64,000 nucleotides of DNA from an uncultured Actinomycetes bacterium (GTDB taxonomy: Bacteria; Actinomycetota; Thermoleophilia; Gaiellales; JAICJC01), in contig CAWJLQ010000006.1 in NCBI GenBank assembly GCA_963843705.1, forward strand, positions 9,843-73,842, in the 5' to 3' direction. Position numbers and translations under genes: made by a program. Below are positions 53,625-61,890 of the stretch, one piece after another; positions within the stretch are counted from its first letter, which is position 1; every line of letters begins with the position of its first letter. The notes beneath the pieces were generated by a model. The model was given only the letters and a program-made list of their open reading frames with translations, was not told the DNA's origin and searched no databases.

Positions 53625-53990
53625 CTACTTGATGTTGACGACGAGCCGCAGCCGGCCCGAGCGCGGCACGTGGATCGTCCGCGGAACGGGTTGGATCGGC
53701 CGCCCGTCCGCCTGCGGGCCGCCCGAGGTGATCGTCACCCGGTACGTGCCGGGCGCCAGCTCGATCGCAAAGCGCCCGGCCGTGCCGGTGCGCACGGCGG
53801 CCGAGCCGTCCGTGCCGGTGAACCGCAGGTGGACGCCCCCGAGCAGGACTGGCCCCGCCGGGCGCGGGGCCGCCGACGCGCACGAGCTGGCCATGCGTCC
53901 GGACGAGGTGGTGAGCCGACCCGCCGCCGCATCCGGACACGAGGAGCGCAGACCATCACGGCCGCTGCGCGGAACCAATTCATGTCGCAT
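53625..53990 (-). CDS. Small carboxypeptidase-regulatory-like beta-sandwich domain protein
   Basis: The C-terminal 75 aa (VHLRFTGTDGSAAVRTGTAGRFAIELAPGTYRVTITSGG...IHVPRSGRLRLVVNIK) fit the CarboxypepD_reg/Big-like pattern. The N-terminus and start (ATG 53990 or the internal ATG) are uncertain, and no clear signal peptide is seen. Confidence 0.5.
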   Translation of the reverse strand: MRHELVPRSGRDGLRSSCPDAAAGRLTTSSGRMASSCASAAPRPAGPVLLGGVHLRFTGTDGSAAVRTGTAGRFAIELAPGTYRVTITSGGPQADGRPIQPVPRTIHVPRSGRLRLVVNIK

Positions 53991-54050
53991 TGGACCGTAG
54001 AATGGGCCGCCCAGTTCCACCATCGCCATCGATCGCACGAGGAGGAGCAG

Positions 54051-54833
54051 ATGTTCACCCCACTCACCGGCCGGACCGTTCTCGTCACCGGCGGCACCAA
54101 GGGCATCGGCAAGGGCATCGCGGGCGAGTTCGCGGCGGCGGGGTGCAACGTCGCCCTGAGCGGCCGCGGTGAGCAGGCGGGCGAGACGGCGGTGCGCGAC
54201 CTGTCCGCCCGCGGCGGTCACGTCTCCTACTACCAGGGCGACGTCGGCAATGCGGACGACTGCGAGCGGGTGGCGGCCGAGGTGGCCTCCCGCTACGGCG
54301 GCATCGACATCGTCTGCGCCAACGCCGGCGTGTTTCCGGACGTGAAGCTGGCGGACATGACCGAGGCCGACATCGACGCCATCTTCGCCACGAACGTGAA
54401 GGGCACGATGCTGACCGTGAAGGCGTGCATCCCCTACCTGGAGGCGTCCGGCCACGGCCGCGTGATCCTGACGAGCTCGATCACCGGACCGATCACGGGC
54501 TTCCCGGGCTGGTCGCACTACGGCGCCACCAAGGCCGCCCAGCTGGGCTTCCTGCGCACGGCGTGCATCGAGCTCGCGCCGAAGCGGATCACCGTGAACG
54601 CGGTGCTGCCCGGCAACGTCGAGTCCGAGGGCATGGACGAGCTCGGGGCCGAGTACCGCGCGTCGATGGAGGCGTCCATCCCGCTGGGGCGGCTCGGCTA
54701 CCCGTCCGAGATCGGTGCGGCCGCGGTCTTCCTCGCCACCGACGAGGCGGGCTACATCACCGGCCAGACGATCGTGGTCGACGGCGGCCAGGTGCAGCCC
54801 GAGTCGCTGGCGGCGCTCCAGGCGGCGCAGTAG
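54051..54833 (+). CDS. Short-chain dehydrogenase/reductase (candidate aminopropanol/aminoacetone dehydrogenase)
   Basis: Motifs TGGTKGIGKG, NAG and YGATKAA (YxxxK). ATG follows GGAGGAG. Confidence 0.9.
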   Translation: MFTPLTGRTVLVTGGTKGIGKGIAGEFAAAGCNVALSGRGEQAGETAVRDLSARGGHVSYYQGDVGNADDCERVAAEVASRYGGIDIVCANAGVFPDVKLADMTEADIDAIFATNVKGTMLTVKACIPYLEASGHGRVILTSSITGPITGFPGWSHYGATKAAQLGFLRTACIELAPKRITVNAVLPGNVESEGMDELGAEYRASMEASIPLGRLGYPSEIGAAAVFLATDEAGYITGQTIVVDGGQVQPESLAALQAAQ

Positions 54834-54849
54834 GGACCGGCGCCGCGCC

Positions 54850-55644
54850 GTGACCGAGCCCGTCCCCGGACTGCCGGCCGCCTTCGCGCCCCTGGGCCCG
54901 TCGGCATCGGCCCTGCGCGACCGGCTGATGGCCGAGATCGAGGCCGGCTCGCCGCCGCCCGGCGCCCGTCTGGGCGCCGAACGCGAGCTGGCGGCGCGGC
55001 TGGGCGTCAGCCGCTCGACGCTGCGGGCCGCTCTGGACTCGCTCGAGACGGCCGGGGCGGTGCACCGCGTACGCGGCCGAAGCGGCGGCATCTTCGTCTC
55101 CGAGCGCCGGGTGGAGCGCGACCTGACGAGCCTCACCAGCCTGCCCGCGTACCTGCGCCGGCAGGGCTTCCAGTCCGGCGCGCGGGTGCTTTCGACGGCC
55201 ACCGTGGGCGCCGACGCCGAGACGGCCGAGGCGCTCGACCTGCCCCAGGGCGCGCTCGTGCTCGAGGTCGTGCGGGTGCGTCTGGCCGACGAGCAGCCGA
55301 TCTCGCTCGAGCGGGCGCGCTTCCCGGCCGAGCGCTTCCCCGGGCTGCTCGACCGGTCGCTGGCGGGATCGCTGTACGAGCTGCTCGAGTCGGGCTACGG
55401 CCTGCGTCCCAGCGAGGCCGAGGAGCGGGTCGAGGTGGTGGGGGCGACCGCTGCCGAGGCGCGCGTGCTCGAGGTGAGGCCGGGCGCGCCGCTGGTCGCG
55501 ATCGTGCGCACGGCGTGGGCCGCCGACGGCCGGCCGTTCGAGCGCTCCCACGACCTGTTCCGCGCGGATCGCGTCCGCATCGTCACCCGCGTGCGCACCG
55601 CCGATCCGGCGGCGCTCGGCAGCTCGGTCGAGGTGGTCGGGTGA
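54850..55644 (+). CDS. GntR-family transcriptional regulator, HutC subfamily (wHTH + UTRA)
   Basis: wHTH is GAERELAARLGVSRSTLRAALDSLETAGAVHRVRGRSGGIFV, followed by a C-terminal UTRA-like effector domain. Starts at GTG 54850. Confidence 0.85.
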   Translation: MTEPVPGLPAAFAPLGPSASALRDRLMAEIEAGSPPPGARLGAERELAARLGVSRSTLRAALDSLETAGAVHRVRGRSGGIFVSERRVERDLTSLTSLPAYLRRQGFQSGARVLSTATVGADAETAEALDLPQGALVLEVVRVRLADEQPISLERARFPAERFPGLLDRSLAGSLYELLESGYGLRPSEAEERVEVVGATAAEARVLEVRPGAPLVAIVRTAWAADGRPFERSHDLFRADRVRIVTRVRTADPAALGSSVEVVG

Positions 55645-56735
55645 GTGTGGACGGCGAGCGCATCGCGCGCTACGCCGACGTGCTCCTCGACACCTGCCTC
55701 GGCGTGCAGCCGGGCTGGCAGGTGCTCGTCTGGGGGACGCCGCTGGCGAGGCCCCTGCTCGAGGTGGTGATGGCGAAGCTCGCGCGGGGCGGCGCGTATC
55801 CGCTCCTTCGGCTGACCTTCGGCGGCGGGCTCGTGTACCACCACGCCTGGCTGCGGCATGCGCCGCTGGACGTGATCGCACGCCCGGCCGAGATCGAGGC
55901 CGACGTGCTGCGCCGGTGCGACGCCGTGCTCGCGATCGGCGCGCCCGAGGACACCCGAGCGGGCGCCGACATCCCCGCCGAGCGCGCGAGCGCCGTCGCC
56001 GCGGCCTACCGGCCGGCCACGGCGCGGCTCGAGGAGAACGAGGTGCCCTGGCTCATGTGCTGGTATCCCACGCCGGCGCTCGCGGCCGACGCCGGCATGA
56101 CGCTGGCCGAGTTCGAAGACTTCCTCTACGGGGCCTGCCTGGTCGACTGGGAGGCCGAGCACGCGCGCATCTCCCGATACGCCCGGAGCTTCGATGCCGC
56201 CTCCGAGGTGCGCATCGCCGGCCCCGGCACCGACCTCGTGCTCTCGATCGCCGGCCGCAGCGCCGACGTCGACGCCGGGTTCGGCAACATGCCCGGCGGC
56301 GAGCTCTTCCTGTGCCCCGTCGAGACCTCGGCGGAGGGCACGATCGCCTTCACCGAGTTCGCGGCGGTGCGCGCCGGCCGCCGGGTGCGTCGCGTGCGCC
56401 TGCGGTTCGCCGAGGGCGTGGTGGTCGACGCGGGGGCAGAGACCGAGGAGGCGTTTCTGCTGGACACGCTCGACACCGATCGGGGCGCACGCCGGATCGG
56501 CGAGCTCGGGATCGGCTGCAACCCGGGGATCGACCGGCACGTCGGCAACGTCCACTTCGACGAGAAGATCGACGGCACCGTGCACCTCGCGCTCGGGTCG
56601 GGCTTCGCCTACCTCGGCGGCACGAACGAGTCGGCCGTGCACTGGGACATCGTGAAGGACCTGCGCCGGGGCGGCCGCATCGAGCTGGACGGCCTGGTCG
56701 TGCAGGCGAACGGCGTCTGGCTGCCGGCTGAATAA
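55641..56735 (+). CDS. M29 family aminopeptidase (AmpS/PepS-like)
   Basis: Motifs RYADVLLDTCLGVQPG, NMPGGELF, IGELGIGCNPGI and FDEKIDGTVHLALGSG. GTGA overlap with the GntR stop. Confidence 0.85.
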   Translation: MSVDGERIARYADVLLDTCLGVQPGWQVLVWGTPLARPLLEVVMAKLARGGAYPLLRLTFGGGLVYHHAWLRHAPLDVIARPAEIEADVLRRCDAVLAIGAPEDTRAGADIPAERASAVAAAYRPATARLEENEVPWLMCWYPTPALAADAGMTLAEFEDFLYGACLVDWEAEHARISRYARSFDAASEVRIAGPGTDLVLSIAGRSADVDAGFGNMPGGELFLCPVETSAEGTIAFTEFAAVRAGRRVRRVRLRFAEGVVVDAGAETEEAFLLDTLDTDRGARRIGELGIGCNPGIDRHVGNVHFDEKIDGTVHLALGSGFAYLGGTNESAVHWDIVKDLRRGGRIELDGLVVQANGVWLPAE

Positions 56736-56758
56736 CGGGTGCCTGGCACCGGTTATTC
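56730..56758. terminator. Palindrome/hairpin spanning the aminopeptidase stop codon
   Basis: GAATAACGGGTGCC-T-GGCACCGGTTATTC has 13 of 14 arm positions complementary. No T-tract follows. Confidence 0.45.
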
Positions 56759-56895
56759 GCGCCATGCGCGCTGCGAGCGGGCGACGCAGCACGAGCGCCC
56801 CACCATGCAGAGGGCGCGGTCGGCGGCGCGCAGGACGCGGATGACGATCGTCACGGACGTGACCCTATCGGAGATGCCATACTCTGGCGACCGGG

Positions 56896-57849
56896 ATGGC
56901 CGATCATCTGATCACCCGCGACATGCCCACCCACAGCAGCTGGGACGTGGGCACCGAGCCGGTGGTGCGGATCCGCTCGGGCGACATCGTCACCGCTGAC
57001 ACCGACGACTTCGCCGGCGGCCAGATCACCCGCGGCTCGATCTCTGCCGACCTGCCCAAGCTCGACTTCGGCCAGATCTACCCCCTGGCGGGGCCGATCC
57101 ACGTCGAGGGCGCAGAGCCGGGCGACGCCGTCGCGATCGAGTTCGTCGAGTTCGAGCCGCCGGAGTGGGGCTGGGCCTGCATCATCCCCGGGTTCGGCGT
57201 CCTGCCGCCGGACGAGTTCACCGAGCCCTACATCAAGTTCTTCGACATGACGAACGGCTCGACGATGGCCTTCTGCGAGGGCGTGACGCTCCCGATCGAG
57301 CCCTTCTGCGGCACCACGGGCGTGCCCGGCGCCGGGATGCACGGCGTGCCGATCCCGCCGCCGCACTCGCACGGAGGCAACATCGACATGCGCCACCTCA
57401 CCAGGGGCTCGACGCTCTACCTGCCGGTGGGCGCCCCGGGCGGGCTCATCTCGCTCGGCGACGCGCATGCCGCCCAGGGCGACGGCGAGGTGGCCATCTC
57501 CGGGGTCGAGTGTGCGATGCGCACGACGATGCGGATCTCGGTCGTGAAGGACATGCGTCTGCGGACGCCGGCGCTGCGCAAGCCGCCGGGCTCGCTGACT
57601 CCCCGCGTCGACTCGGGCGGGTGGTTCGCCACCACCGGCGTCGAGCCGGATCTGATGGAGGCGTCCCGCTCGGCCGTGCGCGCGATGATCGACCACCTCG
57701 GCTCCGAGCGCGGGCTGTCGCGCCAGGACGCGTACATGCTGTGCTCGCTGGCGGCCGACCTCAAGATCATGGAGGTGGTCGACGCGCCGAACTGGATCGT
57801 GGGCTGCTTCATGCCCGACGCGGTGTTCACGAACGGGGAGGTTGGCTGA
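56896..57849 (+). CDS. Acetamidase/formamidase family amidohydrolase
   Basis: Motifs PLAGPIHVEGAEPGDAV, HGGNIDMRHL, GDAHAAQGDGEV and APNWIV; FmdA/AmdA pattern. Confidence 0.88.
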   Translation: MADHLITRDMPTHSSWDVGTEPVVRIRSGDIVTADTDDFAGGQITRGSISADLPKLDFGQIYPLAGPIHVEGAEPGDAVAIEFVEFEPPEWGWACIIPGFGVLPPDEFTEPYIKFFDMTNGSTMAFCEGVTLPIEPFCGTTGVPGAGMHGVPIPPPHSHGGNIDMRHLTRGSTLYLPVGAPGGLISLGDAHAAQGDGEVAISGVECAMRTTMRISVVKDMRLRTPALRKPPGSLTPRVDSGGWFATTGVEPDLMEASRSAVRAMIDHLGSERGLSRQDAYMLCSLAADLKIMEVVDAPNWIVGCFMPDAVFTNGEVG

Positions 57850-58301
57850 TGAGCGAGCACGAGGTGCAGTTGCGGGAGGCGCTGGAGCGGCTGGCGGAGC
57901 ACGACGGCGGACGGCGGCTGCTGCAGCTCGCCCTGCGCAGCATCGAGTCGGGCGACCGGGAGCTGGTCTCCGGGTGCTGGACGAACCGGGGCGACGCGGG
58001 CTGCCTCTTCCAGCACGCGTACTGGCAGGGCGTCGCCGACGGCGCGTTCGCCGACGACGGCAAGGTGCGCGCCTGGGTGAGCGGCGTCGCCGGCCGGCGC
58101 GCCTACCACCGGGTGATCGACGTGATCGCGGCCTTCGACCGCCTTGCGCGGGCGGAGTACGCCGTCGAGCTGCGCCGGTTCCGGCCGCCAGTGCTCCACA
58201 CCGAAGCCTGGAGAGCGCGCGTCGCCGGCCTGCTCGTCGAGGTGCTCGGGACGGACGGCGATCGCGCCGAGGCCGTCCGCCGTCCGCTGCAGACGGCGTA
58301 G
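57849..58301 (+). CDS. Hypothetical protein coupled to the formamidase (150 aa)
   Basis: TGATG overlap with the formamidase stop. Composition is ordinary (MSEHEVQLREALERLAEHDGG...CWTNRGDAGCLFQHAYWQG...). I recognise no family. Confidence 0.55.
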   Translation: MSEHEVQLREALERLAEHDGGRRLLQLALRSIESGDRELVSGCWTNRGDAGCLFQHAYWQGVADGAFADDGKVRAWVSGVAGRRAYHRVIDVIAAFDRLARAEYAVELRRFRPPVLHTEAWRARVAGLLVEVLGTDGDRAEAVRRPLQTA

Positions 58302-58431
58302 ATGCATCGCATGACGACAGAGATCCCTCGCAGGGCTTGACCTGCGCGCGCCGTAAATGGTACAAACGGCCTCGCAAGCTGTCTGACAACTTCGGGCCGA
58401 GTCTGTCCGAAACCCCGAGGGAGGTGGTCGA

Positions 58432-60039
58432 ATGAGCAGTGAAGGCGGAGGCATGCATGAGCATCACGAGGGCATGCTTCCCGTGGTCGACAGCGTCGAC
58501 GTCTCGACCCGTGAGGACGTGCACAAGCTGCACGGCGGCGCGGTCGGCCTGCTGGGAGTGCTCTTCCTGACCGTGACCGGCTCGGCGCCGATCTCGGCCA
58601 TGCTCTTCAACACGCCGCTCTCGGCCGGCTACGGCAACGGGATCGGCACGCCGGCCGGCTTCATGGTGGCCACGATCGTGCTGACCATCTTCTCGGTCGG
58701 CTACGTGGCCATGTCCCGCAAGGTCACCGCGGCGGGCGGCTTCTACAGCTTCATCAGCCACGGCCTCGGCCGCGAGCTGGGGATGGCGTCCGGCCTGGCG
58801 ATGGTGGCCGCGTACTCCGTCTTCGAGGTGTCGCTCGTCGGCGGCTTCTCCTACTTCGCCACCGCCAAGCTCGCCCAGTACGGCTATCACGTGTCGTGGT
58901 ACTGGCCGGGCCTGTTCATGATCGCCCTGATCTCGGTGCTGGCCTACTTCGACGTGCACATCTCGGCCCGCGCCCTCGGCATCGCGCTGATCGGGGAGAT
59001 CATCCTGCTCGTGATCTTCGACCTGGTCGTGTTCGGCCACGGCGGCAACAACGTGCAGGCGGGGGCGATCAACCCGCTGAACGCGTTCAAGAGCCTGCCG
59101 GCGGGACACGACGGCGGGACGGCGATCGCGGCGGGCGCCGCCGGGATCGGCATCTTCTTCGCCTTCTGGTCGTGGGTCGGGTTCGAGATGGCCCCGAACT
59201 ACGCCGAGGAGTCGAAGAACCCGAAGAAGATCGTACCGCGGGCGATGTACATCTCGGTCATCGGCCTCGGCGTCTTCTACACCATCACGTCGTGGGCGGC
59301 GATCTCCGGCTACTCGAGCACCGAGGCGGCCGCGAACGTCGCGCAGAACAACGCCGCGGAGTTCTTCTTCATCCCGGCCAAGCAGTACGGGAACGAGCTC
59401 CTGAAGGACCTGCTGAGCTACTTCATCATCACCGGCTCGTTCGCCTGCGGCATGGCGTTCCACAACACCACCGCCCGTTACATGTACTCGCTGGGCCGTG
59501 AGGGCGTGCTGCCGCGGCCGCTGGGCCGCACCCATGCGCGCCACCGCAGCCCGCACATCGCCTCGATCACCCAGTCGGTGATCGCGGTGCTGATCGTGAT
59601 CGCGTTCGTCGCGTTCGCCCATGTGACGAAGGGCTCGACCGCCGCCAACGACGTCGCCTACATCCAGGTCTACGGCCTGATGGCGGTGATGGGCGTGGTG
59701 TCGATCCTGGCCATCCAGGCGCTGGTCTCGATCGCGATCCTGAACTACTTCCGCACGCACCACGCGGACGAGCATCACTGGTGGACGACCACCCTCGCGC
59801 CGATCATCGGCGCGATCGCCCAGGTGTACGTGCTCTACCTGGCGATCCACAACCTCGACTTCCTCGGTGCCGGGTCATATCCGTACGCGAGGTGGCTGGT
59901 GTGGGGTGATGTGGTGATCTTCGCCGGCGGCCTCGCCTTCGCCTTCTACCTGAAGTCGAACGACCGGGCCAAGTACGAGACCATCGGACGCATGATCAAC
60001 GAGGGGCTCGACCACGAGCTCTCGCCGTCCGGCGACTGA
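58432..60039 (+). CDS. APC-family amino acid/amine permease
   Basis: About 12 TM helices. The N-terminal region is LLGVLFLTVTGSAPISAMLF...GGFYSFISHGLG. ATG follows GAGGGAGG. Confidence 0.9.
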   Translation: MSSEGGGMHEHHEGMLPVVDSVDVSTREDVHKLHGGAVGLLGVLFLTVTGSAPISAMLFNTPLSAGYGNGIGTPAGFMVATIVLTIFSVGYVAMSRKVTAAGGFYSFISHGLGRELGMASGLAMVAAYSVFEVSLVGGFSYFATAKLAQYGYHVSWYWPGLFMIALISVLAYFDVHISARALGIALIGEIILLVIFDLVVFGHGGNNVQAGAINPLNAFKSLPAGHDGGTAIAAGAAGIGIFFAFWSWVGFEMAPNYAEESKNPKKIVPRAMYISVIGLGVFYTITSWAAISGYSSTEAAANVAQNNAAEFFFIPAKQYGNELLKDLLSYFIITGSFACGMAFHNTTARYMYSLGREGVLPRPLGRTHARHRSPHIASITQSVIAVLIVIAFVAFAHVTKGSTAANDVAYIQVYGLMAVMGVVSILAIQALVSIAILNYFRTHHADEHHWWTTTLAPIIGAIAQVYVLYLAIHNLDFLGAGSYPYARWLVWGDVVIFAGGLAFAFYLKSNDRAKYETIGRMINEGLDHELSPSGD

Positions 60040-60047
60040 CCGCCAGC

Positions 60048-60087
60048 GGCGGTGGTGTACGGCCCCTCGGGGCCCTACACCACCGCC
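60048..60087. terminator. Strong bidirectional hairpin between convergent genes
   Basis: GGCGGTGGTGTACGGCCCC (60048-60066) pairs with GGGGCCCTACACCACCGCC (60069-60087), with 18 of 19 positions complementary and loop TC. Confidence 0.65.
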
Positions 60088-60746
60088 GTCGCGGCGTCCA
60101 GGGCGCAGCGCAGCTGCTCGTCGAGCGAGCCGCCCTCGACCAGCTTGCCGTCGAGTGCGGCCGTCCCGATCGTGAACGCCCACACGCCCCGCTCGGCCAG
60201 CGCCTGGATGCGGGCCGGCGAGTCGACCGAGCCCGCCGCGATGACCGGCAGCGACGTCGCGCCGACGACCGCCTCGACGAGCGCGTCGACGTCGCCGTCG
60301 TAGCGGTAGGCGAGCAGGTTGATGCCGTCCACGCCGGCCGCCTCGGCCCGGCGGGCGTCCTCGGCGATCCCGGCGATCGAGCCGCGCAGCAGGCAGGGGT
60401 GATCGACGATCTGGCCGACGTAGGGGAAGAACTTGATGCCGGTGCCGGCGATGATCTCCTGCACGGGCTCGATCAGCGTGCCGCCGATCAGGTAGTCCGG
60501 CCGGATCTCCGCGGCCGCGCGGGCCGACTCGAGGGTCGCCTCCGGCGTCTCGGACACGACCTCGAGGTGGCTCGTGTGGCCGTTCCCGCGGATGTCCGCC
60601 ATGAGCGCCTGGAGCTCTGCACGCGGCAGGCCGATGTCCTTGCAGCCGACATGTCGCACGCCGCTTTCGGCGATCGAGGCGTACACCTCGCGCGCGTCGG
60701 AGAGCGTCTTGTCGTCCCGCGTCAGCATGAAGATGAACTCGATCAC
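60075..60746 (-). CDS. TIM-barrel protein (ribulose-phosphate-binding-barrel-like; NanE/aldolase-like)
   Basis: VIEFIFMLTRDDKTL...GVRHVGCKD...GVDGINLLAYR...PVIAAGSVDSPARIQALAERGVWAFTIGTAAL. The product call is weak. The start is either GTG 60746 or ATG 60727. Confidence 0.6.
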   Translation of the reverse strand: MIEFIFMLTRDDKTLSDAREVYASIAESGVRHVGCKDIGLPRAELQALMADIRGNGHTSHLEVVSETPEATLESARAAAEIRPDYLIGGTLIEPVQEIIAGTGIKFFPYVGQIVDHPCLLRGSIAGIAEDARRAEAAGVDGINLLAYRYDGDVDALVEAVVGATSLPVIAAGSVDSPARIQALAERGVWAFTIGTAALDGKLVEGGSLDEQLRCALDAATAVV

Positions 60747-60757
60747 CGGGCCCCCCA

Positions 60758-60783
60758 AGTTGTAGGACAACTCGGTATGATAC
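60758..60783. promoter_or_regulatory. Candidate GntR operators in a divergent region
   Basis: The perfect palindrome AGTTGT-AGG-ACAACT (60758-60772) is followed by GTAT-G-ATAC (60775-60783). Confidence 0.4.
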
Positions 60784-60819
60784 TGGCTCGAACGGTTCTG
60801 TGCGACGAGGGAGGCGGCG

Positions 60820-61878
60820 GTGCGAGCAGCGATCTGGGACGGCCCGGGCGCGATGTCTGTGGGGTCGGTGCCCGATGCCGTCTGCCCCGAGGACGGCGCG
60901 CTCGTGCGCGTGACGGCGTGCGGGATCTGCGGGACGGACGTGCGCACGTTCTACAACGGTGACCGGCGTATCTCGCCTCCGTGGGTGCTCGGCCACGAGA
61001 TCAGCGGCGAGCTGATCGACGCCGGCCCGCGGGCGGCCGACGAGGTGGCGGCGCTCGGGATCGAGACGGGCGACCTCGTCCACTGCATCTCGACGCTCTG
61101 GTGCGGGCGCTGCCGCCTGTGCCGCAGCGGCAACGAGCACCTGTGCGGGAACGGCGGGCTGATGGGGTTCGACTACCAGGGCGCCTACGCCGAGCTGGTC
61201 GCGATCCCCCAGGTCGCGCTGAAGAACCTGTTCGCGATCCCCGACGGCCTCTCCGACATCCACGCCACCTTCGCCGACCCGCTCTCCGACGCGATCTGCG
61301 GGCACAAGGACATCGCCGTCGGCCTCGACGACACCGTGGTCGTGATCGGCGCCGGGCCGGTGGGGACGGCGCATGCGGCCATCGCCCGCCTGGAGGGCGC
61401 AGGCCGGGTGATGCTGATCGAGACGGCCGCAGCGCGGCTCGACCTCGCCCGGGCGATCCTGGGCGACGATCGCATGACCTACGTCGACACCTCGGACGCC
61501 GACGGCATCGCCGCGGTGCGCGGGGCGACAGACGACGTCGGCGCCGACGTCGTCATCGTCGCGTGCTCGAACGACACGGCCCAGGAGCAGGCGATGGAGA
61601 TGGCCGCGCCGCGCGGGCGGGTGCTCTTCTTCGGCGGCCTGCCGAAGGGCACGACCCACATCAACTTCCCGTCGAACGTCCTGCACTACCGCGAGGTGCA
61701 GGTGCACGGCTCCTACGCCTCCCGGCACCGCGACCAGGTGCACGCCCTGGACATGCTGGCGTCCGACATCGGCGGGCTGCGCGGCGTCGTCTCGGACGTG
61801 GTCGACCTGGACGCCGCGCCGGCGGCGTTCGGCCGCATCCGGGCCGGCGAGGTGCTGAAGGTCGTCGTGACCCCGTAG
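60820..61878 (+). CDS. Zinc-dependent medium-chain alcohol/polyol dehydrogenase
   Basis: Motifs CGICGTDV, GHEISGE, structural zinc CGRCRLCRSGNEHLC and GAGPVG. Confidence 0.9.
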   Translation: MRAAIWDGPGAMSVGSVPDAVCPEDGALVRVTACGICGTDVRTFYNGDRRISPPWVLGHEISGELIDAGPRAADEVAALGIETGDLVHCISTLWCGRCRLCRSGNEHLCGNGGLMGFDYQGAYAELVAIPQVALKNLFAIPDGLSDIHATFADPLSDAICGHKDIAVGLDDTVVVIGAGPVGTAHAAIARLEGAGRVMLIETAAARLDLARAILGDDRMTYVDTSDADGIAAVRGATDDVGADVVIVACSNDTAQEQAMEMAAPRGRVLFFGGLPKGTTHINFPSNVLHYREVQVHGSYASRHRDQVHALDMLASDIGGLRGVVSDVVDLDAAPAAFGRIRAGEVLKVVVTP

Positions 61879-61890
61879 GATGGGCGGCCC

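Noticed and set aside
56744-56760. TGGCAC followed by a T-rich segment, resembling a sigma-54 -24/-12 promoter.
   Set aside because: The -12 element TTGC is missing at the required spacing (TGGCAC-CGGTT-ATTCGC). Sigma-54 is generally absent from Actinomycetota. The sequence is better explained as the right arm of the stop-codon palindrome.
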